Of a stretch of 64,000 bases of DNA, positions 55,667 to 64,000 are shown one piece after another. Under the pieces are notes generated by a model that had not been told where the DNA came from, did no database searches, and worked only from the letters and a program-made list of their open reading frames with translations. Position 1 is the stretch's first letter; each line of letters starts with the position of its first letter. Both the position numbers and the translations under genes were made by a program. The stretch is from positions 1 through 64,000 of IMG/VR virus record IMGVR_UViG_3300043570_001741. The stretch is one strand, 5' to 3'. The DNA is from a virus.

Positions 55667-57853
55667 ATGAAATTTAGAGAATTTATTACTGAGAATAAAG
55701 AGAAACATGCGGTCATGGCGTTTGGCCGTATGAATCCACCTACAACCGGACATGAAGTCTTGGTCAATAAGGTTAAATCGGTTGCAAAACAAGTTGGTGG
55801 TTCCCATCACATCATTCTGTCTCATTCACAAGATGCCGCTAAGAATCCTCTTACTGCGGCACAAAAAGTAAAACATGCCAAAAGGTTCTTTCCAGATACA
55901 AACATATCTGTTGCAACCAAAGAAGAACCAAACTTCCTAACACAAGCAGCCAAGTTACACAAACAAGGTGTAACACATCTACACATGGTCGCAGGCGCTG
56001 ACCGTACCGCAGAGTACCACAAACTGTTGCACAAATACAACGGGACACATGAAGGTGCTCTTTTCAACTTCAAAAAGATAACTGTACATAACGCAGGTGA
56101 ACGTGACCCTGATGCTGAAGGTACAGAAGGCATGTCCGCTTCAAAGATGCGTAAACATGCAGGCTCTGGTAATTTTGATGACTTTAAACAAGGCATTCCA
56201 AAACATGTGCCAGAACACCATGCGAAAGAATTATTCCGTGATGTTCGTAAAGGCATGAGCATTAAAGAGTCTATTGACCTTAACGAAGAATTTGAAATTC
56301 TTTTGGAAGGCGTACACGACCAATCCATCTTCAAAGCTATCTTCTTAGCAGGTGGTCCTGGTTCTGGTAAAGATTATGTGTTAGACAATACACTTGATGG
56401 TCAAGGTTTAACAGAAATTAATTCAGACAAGGCACTTGAGTTCTTAATGGACAAAGAAGGTCTTGATAAGATGATGCCTGTTGGCGAAACAGAGAAACGT
56501 GACTTTGTTCGTGGTCGTGCAAAGAACATTACAGAGTTGCGTCAACAACTTGCACTATTAGGTCGCAATGGTTTGATTATCAATGGTACAGGTGATGATG
56601 TAGCTAAAACAAAACGCATCAAAGACCAATTAGAAAAACTTGGTTACGATACTGCCATGTTGTTGGTGAATACAAGAGATGATATCTCCGCTCAAAGAAA
56701 TATTGAACGTGGCCAACGTGGTGGTCGTGCGGTACCAGAACCAATTCGTAAAGAAAAGTGGGATAGTGTACAGTTAGCACGTACTGAATATGCTCAAATG
56801 TTTGGTGATAAGTATAAAGAATTTGATAACTCTGAAGACTTGAGGCAAGCTGATCCTGAAACAGTTAAGGCAAAGAAGTCTGAGCTGTTACAATTATATA
56901 CAGGTTTTAAAGAATTCGTTTCTACACCACCACAGTCAGAAGAATCTAAATTTTGGGTTGCTAATGAGTTGGATAAGAAAGACACTTTACCAGTTCAAAC
57001 TGATGGTGCTGAACAACTGCCTGCGTCTGATGATGCAACTGGTGAAGAAGCTAGAAAACTCGGTCTACAATACTATGGTTTTGGTAGATATGGCAGAAAT
57101 GGTAAAGTTACACATCGTTCTGTACATGGTCAATTGGTTTTGGTCAATAAAGAAGAACCAAAACAACCAAAGATTCCTGTGAGTAGTTCATCACAGAAAC
57201 CTGTTAAACCGGTTGTTAAAGAATCATCTGATTTGATATATGAAGATGGTTTGTTACGAGACAAGGCCGGTAAATTGCGTGTCTTCATGCTTAGAAATAC
57301 TGCAGCAAAAGAAGCACACACTAAAAATGGAACCATTATTAAACACAATAATGGTTATGTTGTTAAACTTAATGGAGAAAATAAAAATGCTAAATTATCT
57401 GAAGAAATTATTTCAAACCAAACCAAAAGAACAAGCTCCTTTGGTGAGTCCAGTTCTGGAAGAAATCGTAGTACCGGTGCCAGTGATAGAACCAACACCG
57501 GAACCAGTGCCAGTTCCAGTACAGGAAGTTGTTGTGGAACCAGCACCTGCACCTGTGACACCAAGCCAACCACCGAAGAAACAACCCGTAGCAAAATCAC
57601 ACTTGCAGAAATCCGCACCCGCCAAAAAGAAAAAGTAATTGAGTCTATCAATAATGGTGAATCTGGTCTTTCGATGGCTGCATCTGGTGAGAACCTTGGC
57701 CGTGATACAACAAGAATTAAGACACTAAAGAAACCATTAGAAGAACTGACTGGCGATGAAACAACCATGAGTATCGGTGACCAAAAAGAAGGCGAACTGA
57801 AACGAATTGGTATTAATCTTAAAACATTTAAATCTAAAAAGGTTATAGGATGA
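55667..57853 (+). CDS. Cytidylyltransferase-like nucleotidyltransferase fused to a P-loop kinase (zeta-toxin/AAA_33-like) and a low-complexity tail
   Basis: FGRMNPPTTGH and MSASKMR; second domain FLAGGPGSGK, INGTG, RN.ER. Confidence 0.8.
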   Translation: MKFREFITENKEKHAVMAFGRMNPPTTGHEVLVNKVKSVAKQVGGSHHIILSHSQDAAKNPLTAAQKVKHAKRFFPDTNISVATKEEPNFLTQAAKLHKQGVTHLHMVAGADRTAEYHKLLHKYNGTHEGALFNFKKITVHNAGERDPDAEGTEGMSASKMRKHAGSGNFDDFKQGIPKHVPEHHAKELFRDVRKGMSIKESIDLNEEFEILLEGVHDQSIFKAIFLAGGPGSGKDYVLDNTLDGQGLTEINSDKALEFLMDKEGLDKMMPVGETEKRDFVRGRAKNITELRQQLALLGRNGLIINGTGDDVAKTKRIKDQLEKLGYDTAMLLVNTRDDISAQRNIERGQRGGRAVPEPIRKEKWDSVQLARTEYAQMFGDKYKEFDNSEDLRQADPETVKAKKSELLQLYTGFKEFVSTPPQSEESKFWVANELDKKDTLPVQTDGAEQLPASDDATGEEARKLGLQYYGFGRYGRNGKVTHRSVHGQLVLVNKEEPKQPKIPVSSSSQKPVKPVVKESSDLIYEDGLLRDKAGKLRVFMLRNTAAKEAHTKNGTIIKHNNGYVVKLNGENKNAKLSEEIISNQTKRTSSFGESSSGRNRSTGASDRTNTGTSASSSTGSCCGTSTCTCDTKPTTEETTRSKITLAEIRTRQKEKVIESINNGESGLSMAASGENLGRDTTRIKTLKKPLEELTGDETTMSIGDQKEGELKRIGINLKTFKSKKVIG
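57387..57638 (+). CDS. Nested overlapping small Pro/Val/Glu-rich protein (alternate frame)
   Basis: GGAG SD before ATG 57387; MLNYLKKLF amphipathic start, PV/PE repeats, basic tail. Confidence 0.6.
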   Translation: MLNYLKKLFQTKPKEQAPLVSPVLEEIVVPVPVIEPTPEPVPVPVQEVVVEPAPAPVTPSQPPKKQPVAKSHLQKSAPAKKKK

Positions 57854-58143
57854 AATCATTTAAAGCATTCATAACAGAAACGCCTGCTTGGACACGTAAA
57901 GAGGGCAAGAACCCTGAAGGTGGTTTAAACCGCAAGGGTATTGAATCTTATCGCCGTGAAAATCCAGGTTCTAAACTATCGATGGCAGTTACAACTAAGC
58001 CATCAAAATTGAAGCCTGGTTCTAAGGCCGCAAATCGTAGAAAATCATTCTGTGCTCGTATGGGCGGCATGGAAGGCCCAATGAAAAAACCTAATGGTGA
58101 ACCAACTCGCAAAGCCCTTGCACTCAAAAAATGGAATTGCTAA
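57850..58143 (+). CDS. Small basic protein (DUF6321-like)
   Basis: AWTRKEGKNPEGGLN, RRKSFCARM, KWNC; N-terminus MKSFKAFITE. Confidence 0.7.
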   Translation: MKSFKAFITETPAWTRKEGKNPEGGLNRKGIESYRRENPGSKLSMAVTTKPSKLKPGSKAANRRKSFCARMGGMEGPMKKPNGEPTRKALALKKWNC

Positions 58144-58746
58144 ATGTCAACTAACACAACATTCAAAATCTTTACCGACAAAATGGGCGGTACAAGAGCC
58201 AACACATATATTGGTACAACTGGTGAAGTATTTTATGATGTAGACGGCACATCAGCAATGAGGCTATCTAATGGCGTAACACCTGGTGGTATACCATTTG
58301 GCGTTTCTTCTGTTAGTGCATCATATGCTCCTGAATTTAAAACTGTTTCTGGTAATACGTTACCTGGTACCGTAACAACTGGCGCTTATGTTAAACAAGG
58401 TGCAATTGTTCATTTTAGAGTCAATGTTAATTTTGCAAATACATCAGATTTTGGAAGTGCTAGTCAATATAAACTAACATTGCCTTTTCCTGCGGCAGCA
58501 ACAGTAACAATTCGTGGTGGATCATTGCACAGTAAACCTGCTAATCCAGCAAACAATGCAATATATCACATTGCTGGAATTACTGACATTGAAGAACCTG
58601 CTTCTTCAAATACGGAGATGTTACTTTATTATTCTGGTAGTACAACAGACTTAGCATGGAAATCAACTACGCCAGTTAATGCAACATCAAATGTTAGCCA
58701 TTTTGATATTAGTGGTGCTTATGAAACGTCATCACTAACCGTATAA
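58144..58746 (+). CDS. Hypothetical structural/fiber-like protein
   Basis: YIG..GE.FYD...RLS.G.TPGG N-terminal motif; LTLPF..A; beta-rich. Confidence 0.55.
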   Translation: MSTNTTFKIFTDKMGGTRANTYIGTTGEVFYDVDGTSAMRLSNGVTPGGIPFGVSSVSASYAPEFKTVSGNTLPGTVTTGAYVKQGAIVHFRVNVNFANTSDFGSASQYKLTLPFPAAATVTIRGGSLHSKPANPANNAIYHIAGITDIEEPASSNTEMLLYYSGSTTDLAWKSTTPVNATSNVSHFDISGAYETSSLTV

Positions 58747-58775
58747 TTTAATAAAAACAAAAACAGGAGAAACTC

Positions 58776-60317
58776 ATGTATTCAGATAACAAACAAATTC
58801 GTGATGTAGCAGATGTTGCTGCACGAATCATGGCTGGTTTACCACCACTTGAAGAAAAATTGCATCCAAATCAACAAAAGATTGATGTGGTTGACGATGA
58901 AAAGATTGATGGTAAAGATTTTGCCAAACTTCGTAAGATGAAGAAGGAAGAAATCGAGATTGAAGAAGAAAGTCATCAATCTAAGACTACAATGAAACAC
59001 ATTCCAAATCCAACACCTGCACAAAAACAAGCAGCTAAAGATATTAAACCCGGCGTTGGCGGTTATCGTGACCGTATTGATATGCTTAAAAGTGCCGGCG
59101 TTAAAGAGGAAGTTGAAGCAATCGATGAAGTTAAGATGGCTGATTTGCCATCAACTAAAGTTCAAGGTCGTGCATATGGTTCATCTAAACCAGAAGCAAG
59201 TGCATTTGATGTACTAAAAGGACCAAAAGATAAAGAATTGAAATCTATTGAGTCTGAGAAGAAGAAAAAGAAAATGTCTGAAATGGTTGCCACATATAAA
59301 GATGGCGGCATGAAGGCATTCTTTGAGTCTATTGAGAAAGAGGAAATGATTTCTGAAGAACCTGATTCTGCTCAATTTGCAAAAGAATTGGAAGACCAAA
59401 AGAAACGTGCAGCTGGTACTAAACCACAAGCTGAAGTTGCTAAACCATCCGTTCAAGCAGTTCAACAAGAAAGAATTGAAATTACCGATGAAATGATTTT
59501 TGAAGTTCTTGAAAATGCTGGTATTGATTTTGAATCATTGAGTGATGATGAATTGCAAATAGCTGCAAATGAGGCATATGAAGTTCTTCATGAAATTTCA
59601 ACAAAGACTTTAGCTAAAGCCGCTAGTGCTGCTTCTGACCCTGATGCAGACTATCATTATGGTAAGTCACACGACCCGCAAAAGTTTGCAGACCATGCTA
59701 AAAAGACTAAAGATGCAAAATCAGCAGCTGCTGTTCAAGGTGCCGCTGATGCGAAAGGCCACTATACAAGACCAGGGCATAGTCTTGGGTCCTATGATAA
59801 ACTTGCACACAGAACTCCTGCTCGTGTGACTGGTGTTGGAAAAGCAAATAAACAAGATGTTAACAAATTAAAAAAGAGTATAAGTCTAAATGCTGAAGCA
59901 ACTGAACAAGACATTTACGTTATCGATGCAGATTTGGCTAATGGTGTAGATGCTGTTAACATTGAAGAACGTACATTGACTGCCGGTGAGACAAAGAAGA
60001 AAGAAGAAATTGTTAAATCTATGAAAAAAGGTTTGGCAGGTTTCAAAGAGCGTTATGGTGACCGTGCTAAGAATGTCATGTATGCAACCGCCACTAAAAA
60101 TGCCATGAAAGAAGAAAAAGAAGACCATCATCAAAAAGGTTACGACCATGTGCGTGAGCCTATTTCTGATGAACCATATCTCGATAATGCTCGTGTAAGA
60201 TTTAACGAATTAAAAAAACAAAATCCTCATAAAAAAGGATCTCAAGAGCACAAAGATTGGCATTCTGGAGCATCAGCTGCATATGAAGAACATAAAGACA
60301 TATTAAGAGGCAAATAA
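58776..60317 (+). CDS. Large modular charged protein (putative internal head protein)
   Basis: Lys/Glu-rich modules separated by EE(V/I)E..(D/E)E linkers. Confidence 0.6.
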   Translation: MYSDNKQIRDVADVAARIMAGLPPLEEKLHPNQQKIDVVDDEKIDGKDFAKLRKMKKEEIEIEEESHQSKTTMKHIPNPTPAQKQAAKDIKPGVGGYRDRIDMLKSAGVKEEVEAIDEVKMADLPSTKVQGRAYGSSKPEASAFDVLKGPKDKELKSIESEKKKKKMSEMVATYKDGGMKAFFESIEKEEMISEEPDSAQFAKELEDQKKRAAGTKPQAEVAKPSVQAVQQERIEITDEMIFEVLENAGIDFESLSDDELQIAANEAYEVLHEISTKTLAKAASAASDPDADYHYGKSHDPQKFADHAKKTKDAKSAAAVQGAADAKGHYTRPGHSLGSYDKLAHRTPARVTGVGKANKQDVNKLKKSISLNAEATEQDIYVIDADLANGVDAVNIEERTLTAGETKKKEEIVKSMKKGLAGFKERYGDRAKNVMYATATKNAMKEEKEDHHQKGYDHVREPISDEPYLDNARVRFNELKKQNPHKKGSQEHKDWHSGASAAYEEHKDILRGK

Positions 60318-62315
60318 ATGAAAACGTGGTCTGAGTTTCTTACTTTACGTGAAAGGTGTTGGCCTGGTTACAAATCTGTGCCAGGTAAAAAAGCATATTC
60401 ACCTGGTTCTTGCGTAAAAGAATCTCCTACTATTGAAGAAGATTTGCGTAAATGGTTTAGTAAAACGGATCCAAAAGGTGGTTGGAAAAGGATCAATAGT
60501 AAGGGTGAAGCAATTGGCCCTTGTGCAAGAGAACCTGGTGAACCTAAGCCTAAGTGTATGTCTAACGAAAAGAGAGCTTCTTTAAGTAAAAAAGAAAGAG
60601 CATCTGCCGTTGCGTCTAAAAGAAAACATGACCCTAATCCTGAAAGAAAGGGTCCACCAATAAATGTGTCTAACTTTGGAAAAGGAAAGATAAGCGAAGA
60701 TATGGAAAACTTAAACGAAAAAAATGTACCAACAAGTCCAGAAAAATGGGCTCAGGCAAAAGCACAGGCTAAATCTAAGTTTGATGTTTACCCTTCTGCT
60801 TATGCCAATGGTTGGGCTGCAAAGAAATATAAAGCAATGGGTGGCGGTTGGAAATCAGTCAATGAAGTTAAAGAAGTTGGAGATGATCCAACTGGTGATA
60901 TCCCACCTGATAATCTTGTAAGAAAAGGCACTAAGGTTGTTGCTAAGCAGACGCAATTTGAAGAAACAGAGATGCTTGATGAACTATCTAACAATTTGTT
61001 ATCTCGTTACAAATCTGCTGCTACTAAACAATCTTCAAGTCTTGGTAAAGAAATGCAATCTGATTCCAGTAAGACCAAAAAGAATACAGAACTACAGAAC
61101 AAGAGGTTTTCAGGTACTATGAAAGCAACCACTAAACAATTTGCTAACGATATGAAAAACGAAGCTAAGGATCCTGGTGAATATGACCAAGAAGGTGACA
61201 TGGCCATGACACAATTGCGTAGTATTATTTACCACGCACAAGAGTTGCATGACCAATTAGATAAGGATGACAATCTTCCAGAGTGGGTTCAGTCTAAGAT
61301 TACTTTAGCGCAAGATTATATGCAAACTGCCCATGATTACATGTACTCACAGAAGAATGTAACAGAAGAAGTTGAATTGACTGAAGGTCGTCCATCACAA
61401 CGCCATCCATTGGAAGGCCATGAGTATCACAAAAAATCTGATGAGGCTTTGGTTCACATTGCTAAAGATGCACATGCAGCCGCTGAAGCAATGAAGTCAC
61501 ACAATCCAACTGCTGAGAACAAGTATCGTGACCAAGCCAATGATTCTGCAACAGTAAGACACTATCGTAAGACACATGGTATGGCTGATTGGTACAAAAA
61601 GAAGTATGGTCACATAAATGAAAGTGATGCATACGATAAAGATGTTAAACCTTCTGATAAACCACATGATAAAGAAGCCGCTGCAAAGCGTGCTAAAATT
61701 GCCGCAGTAATGGCAAGAAAGAAAATGGCTAAAGAAGAAGTTGAACAATTGGATGAGTTGTCACCTAGTACCTTACAGAGTTACAAAGTTGCTGGCCACA
61801 AGAAGTATGATAGTATTAGAAATAATACTGATGCTGATTCGATGGCTAAGAAATCTAAATTGGAAAAAGGTATTAAAACTGCTCATGCCAAGCAATTTCC
61901 ATCTAAACCTGCAGCACCTGCACCAAAGAAAGACCCTAATAGTCGTGGTTACGAACAAGGTCGTTATATGGGCGACAGCGTTGAACATGATGAATCATTA
62001 ATAGAGGGTGAAAGTTGGAAGGTAGATACAGGTTGGAAAAAATCTAAGTCGGATGAAGTTACAGATAAGTCTGGTGCAAAACATACAGCAATGTCTAGAG
62101 CAAAACATTTGGCCAAAATGGCTGCAAAGAAAAATGCCAATCCAACTAAGTCAATGCGTGAAGATGCAGAACCTGTTGAGAAAGAACCTGAAGAAGCACC
62201 AAAGAAAAGTCGTAAGGCTCAAATTGTTAAAGATGCTAAGAAATCTAAAACCGCATCAGCTGATAAGTTTCAATCGGAACCAGAATTAGGTTCCACTATC
62301 ACTAAAAATTATTGA
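60318..62315 (+). CDS. Large modular charged protein (putative internal head protein)
   Basis: MKTWSEF..E start; CWPGY, LRKWF, KFDVYPSAYANGW (DUF5872-like), LPEWVQSKIT modules. Confidence 0.65.
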   Translation: MKTWSEFLTLRERCWPGYKSVPGKKAYSPGSCVKESPTIEEDLRKWFSKTDPKGGWKRINSKGEAIGPCAREPGEPKPKCMSNEKRASLSKKERASAVASKRKHDPNPERKGPPINVSNFGKGKISEDMENLNEKNVPTSPEKWAQAKAQAKSKFDVYPSAYANGWAAKKYKAMGGGWKSVNEVKEVGDDPTGDIPPDNLVRKGTKVVAKQTQFEETEMLDELSNNLLSRYKSAATKQSSSLGKEMQSDSSKTKKNTELQNKRFSGTMKATTKQFANDMKNEAKDPGEYDQEGDMAMTQLRSIIYHAQELHDQLDKDDNLPEWVQSKITLAQDYMQTAHDYMYSQKNVTEEVELTEGRPSQRHPLEGHEYHKKSDEALVHIAKDAHAAAEAMKSHNPTAENKYRDQANDSATVRHYRKTHGMADWYKKKYGHINESDAYDKDVKPSDKPHDKEAAAKRAKIAAVMARKKMAKEEVEQLDELSPSTLQSYKVAGHKKYDSIRNNTDADSMAKKSKLEKGIKTAHAKQFPSKPAAPAPKKDPNSRGYEQGRYMGDSVEHDESLIEGESWKVDTGWKKSKSDEVTDKSGAKHTAMSRAKHLAKMAAKKNANPTKSMREDAEPVEKEPEEAPKKSRKAQIVKDAKKSKTASADKFQSEPELGSTITKNY

Positions 62316-62327
62316 GTGGTTGACAGG

Positions 62328-62335
62328 TATAAATA
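62328..62335 (+). promoter_or_regulatory. T4-type late promoter
   Basis: TATAAATA. Confidence 0.75.
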
Positions 62336-62366
62336 AACAATCAAATCAGACAAATAGGAGAACAAT

Positions 62367-62720
62367 ATGTCTTTATGGGGAAATTTAGATGCCGCTAACA
62401 ATGCGCCAAAGTTTGCTGGCACTGGCGGTATCGGCTTAACAGCCAACACACAACAATTATTTTCAAACACAACATTTGCTACAACAAGCACTTCTTTAGG
62501 TATAGCAGGCCAAGCAACTGGTGTCTTTGGCATTAGTGTTACAGAAACAGCCAACACAGGCGGCGGCAGAGCCAACACAGCTGGCGCTCATGCTGGTTGG
62601 GTAATGCGTAAAGAAGGCACTGGCGGTCGTGCTGGTCGTATTCAAACAGAAACATTGGTTGCTATGGGCTCAATGACTGGTGACTTTGCAACTGCAAACA
62701 CCACTTATCCAGGTATCTAA
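62367..62720 (+). CDS. Hypothetical virion protein
   Basis: MSLWGN.D, HAGWV..GTGGRAGR...ETLVA motif; late promoter and AGGAG SD. Confidence 0.65.
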   Translation: MSLWGNLDAANNAPKFAGTGGIGLTANTQQLFSNTTFATTSTSLGIAGQATGVFGISVTETANTGGGRANTAGAHAGWVMRKEGTGGRAGRIQTETLVAMGSMTGDFATANTTYPGI

Positions 62721-63097
62721 TGCGATTCTCTGAATATATCCGTGAGATGGAAATTGGTGCGGTCTCAGGGCCTGCACCAACACCAGCACTCATGGATACA
62801 AATTTAGATAGTCTGAATAAGCGTTTGGATTATGATACTGATGAAAAGTTTTTATCTCCTGAGTCTGGTATACAAAGGATTCGTAGAGTGTTGCACTTGT
62901 ATGGTTATGACATGCCAGCACTTTACGATGCCGATCCAGAAGGAGATGAGGTGGTACTCGACCTAGATACGGATTTAGGCGTGTACATTTTATATACTCT
63001 CACCGATGATAATGATTATGAGTTTTATGCTGAGATTGGCCATGAAAGTCGTATGCAAGAGCTTTTATCGGATGAGGGAGAACCAGAAGAAGAATAA
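62720..63097 (+). CDS. Hypothetical acidic protein
   Basis: MRFSEYIRE start; coupled ORF. Confidence 0.55.
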   Translation: MRFSEYIREMEIGAVSGPAPTPALMDTNLDSLNKRLDYDTDEKFLSPESGIQRIRRVLHLYGYDMPALYDADPEGDEVVLDLDTDLGVYILYTLTDDNDYEFYAEIGHESRMQELLSDEGEPEEE

Positions 63098-63490
63098 ATG
63101 TCCTTTGATGATTTGACAAATGAAAATATAATGATGTATGCAATGAAAGCTTATGATAGGCCTAATTGTATAATGAGTGAGTTTAAAGACGATTTAAAAC
63201 GATTTAATTACCTAAAGAGATTATTCCTTAGGTACCGTAAATATGATGAAATGAGAGAACAACTGGTAATAAACCATCTAGTCGTTCTCTATAACGTTTT
63301 TGGACCAGAAGTTGCAACAAGAATGTTGTTTTTCAAAATGTCAAAAGAAGACTATTCGGCACTTAAAACATACTTGATATTTTTAAGTATTATGCCAGAT
63401 AGAGTGAAAGGTATTAAAGGACATGATATCATATCTTCGGAGATTCCTGTAGACCAAAAAGTTGTGGATGTATTAAGGGATATCAAATGA
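63098..63490 (+). CDS. Conserved T4-like hypothetical protein (DUF7207-like)
   Basis: YAMKAYD.P, EF..DLKRF.YLKRL, NHL..LYNVF motifs. Confidence 0.75.
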   Translation: MSFDDLTNENIMMYAMKAYDRPNCIMSEFKDDLKRFNYLKRLFLRYRKYDEMREQLVINHLVVLYNVFGPEVATRMLFFKMSKEDYSALKTYLIFLSIMPDRVKGIKGHDIISSEIPVDQKVVDVLRDIK

Positions 63491-63660
63491 AACCGGTTAA
63501 AGAAGATGTTGGTGCCGGTGTACCAACAAATAATGTAAGTGGCGGCCAAGTAGCCGCTCTTGGCGTTGGCCCACAAGGTGAACCTGGCGTTAAGAAGAAA
63601 AAGAAGGGTGTTCCTTCTTTCACAACATTCATTAAGAGAAAAGCGAATGTGGCTTCTTAA
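63487..63660 (+). CDS. Small hypothetical protein (57 aa, not in the ORF track)
   Basis: MKPVKEDVGAGVPTNNVSGGQVAALGVGPQGEPGVKKKK...; ATGA overlap. Confidence 0.6.
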   Translation: MKPVKEDVGAGVPTNNVSGGQVAALGVGPQGEPGVKKKKKGVPSFTTFIKRKANVAS

Positions 63661-64000
63661 TTGGTTACCAAATTGGATATTCTATGCGATGGGGTTAATC
63701 GGTGTATTAACCTTGGTGGTTACATATTTCATTAAGTTCTTACCAATTCCATTCGTTTACATGTACAAAACTCCATTGCAGTTGTTATCGATTGCAATGA
63801 TTGTTATTGGCACATTCATGGCTGGTGCAATATATGATAATGAAGCATGGCTTGCCCGTGTCAAAGAATTAGAAGCTCAGGTAGCTGAATCTGAAAAGAA
63901 ATCTGTCGAGAAAAATGTAGAGATAGTAGAGAAGATTGTACATAAAGAAAAAGTCATCAAAGAAAAAGGTGACGATATCATTAAGTATATTGACCGAGAA
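63647..64000 (+). CDS. Membrane protein, i-spanin (Rz)-like (partial)
   Basis: MWLLNWLP.., two hydrophobic segments then a coiled coil (WLARVKELEAQVAESE..IIKYIDRE); runs off the window. Confidence 0.55.
   Translation, partial: MWLLNWLPNWIFYAMGLIGVLTLVVTYFIKFLPIPFVYMYKTPLQLLSIAMIVIGTFMAGAIYDNEAWLARVKELEAQVAESEKKSVEKNVEIVEKIVHKEKVIKEKGDDIIKYIDRE

Noticed and set aside
550-63576. Numerous minus-strand and short alternate-frame ORFs in the ORF track
   Set aside because: They are shadows of well-supported plus-strand genes, with no SD or recognisable motifs. Only 57387-57638 was kept.
1-64000. CRISPR array, diversity-generating retroelement or integrase
   Set aside because: No regularly spaced repeats, reverse transcriptase or recombinase were seen; the 33-bp LamG repeat has no adenine-specific variation.
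1-64000. Stop-codon reassignment
   Set aside because: Core genes are full length under the standard code and end in TAA or TGA; no recoding is needed to explain them.

Overview
This 64 kb window is a contiguous, almost entirely plus-strand piece of a large T4-like myophage genome; the sigma70-type promoters and a spanin-like gene suggest a Gram-negative host. It runs through the neck, tail and head module (gp14 end, gp15-gp23, gp3), then uvsY/uvsW, gp55, gp47/46, a CobT/CobS-like pair, gp45/44/62, regA, hsp20, gp43, uvsX and gp41, and ends in probable internal-head-protein genes. Accessory content includes three tandem LamG lectins, Dps, a GIY-YIG homing endonuclease, a nucleotide-sugar island (B12 radical SAM, minimal ThDP E1alpha/beta, GHMP kinase, His-type PLP 3-dehydratase, SDR), a second glycosylation cluster and peptide deformylase. 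The best candidate for a new system is a DUF4338/DruA-like (putatively Mom/GNAT-like) gene followed immediately by a consensus sigma70 promoter driving a 63-nt non-canonical tRNA-Gly-like RNA. That RNA keeps the Gly acceptor identity and CCA but has a collapsed D-arm and a 6-nt anticodon loop, and a second DUF4338-like paralog sits beside the helicase; the hypothesis is tRNA-dependent DNA hypermodification with a dedicated donor RNA. Other highlights are a ~200-nt tandem-pseudoknot RNA with a ROSE-like hairpin before hsp20, T4 capsid-targeting-like N-termini on several proteins (including a nucleotidyltransferase-kinase fusion) and a nested overlapping gene. All family calls come from motif recognition and synteny by eye; no database searches were run.
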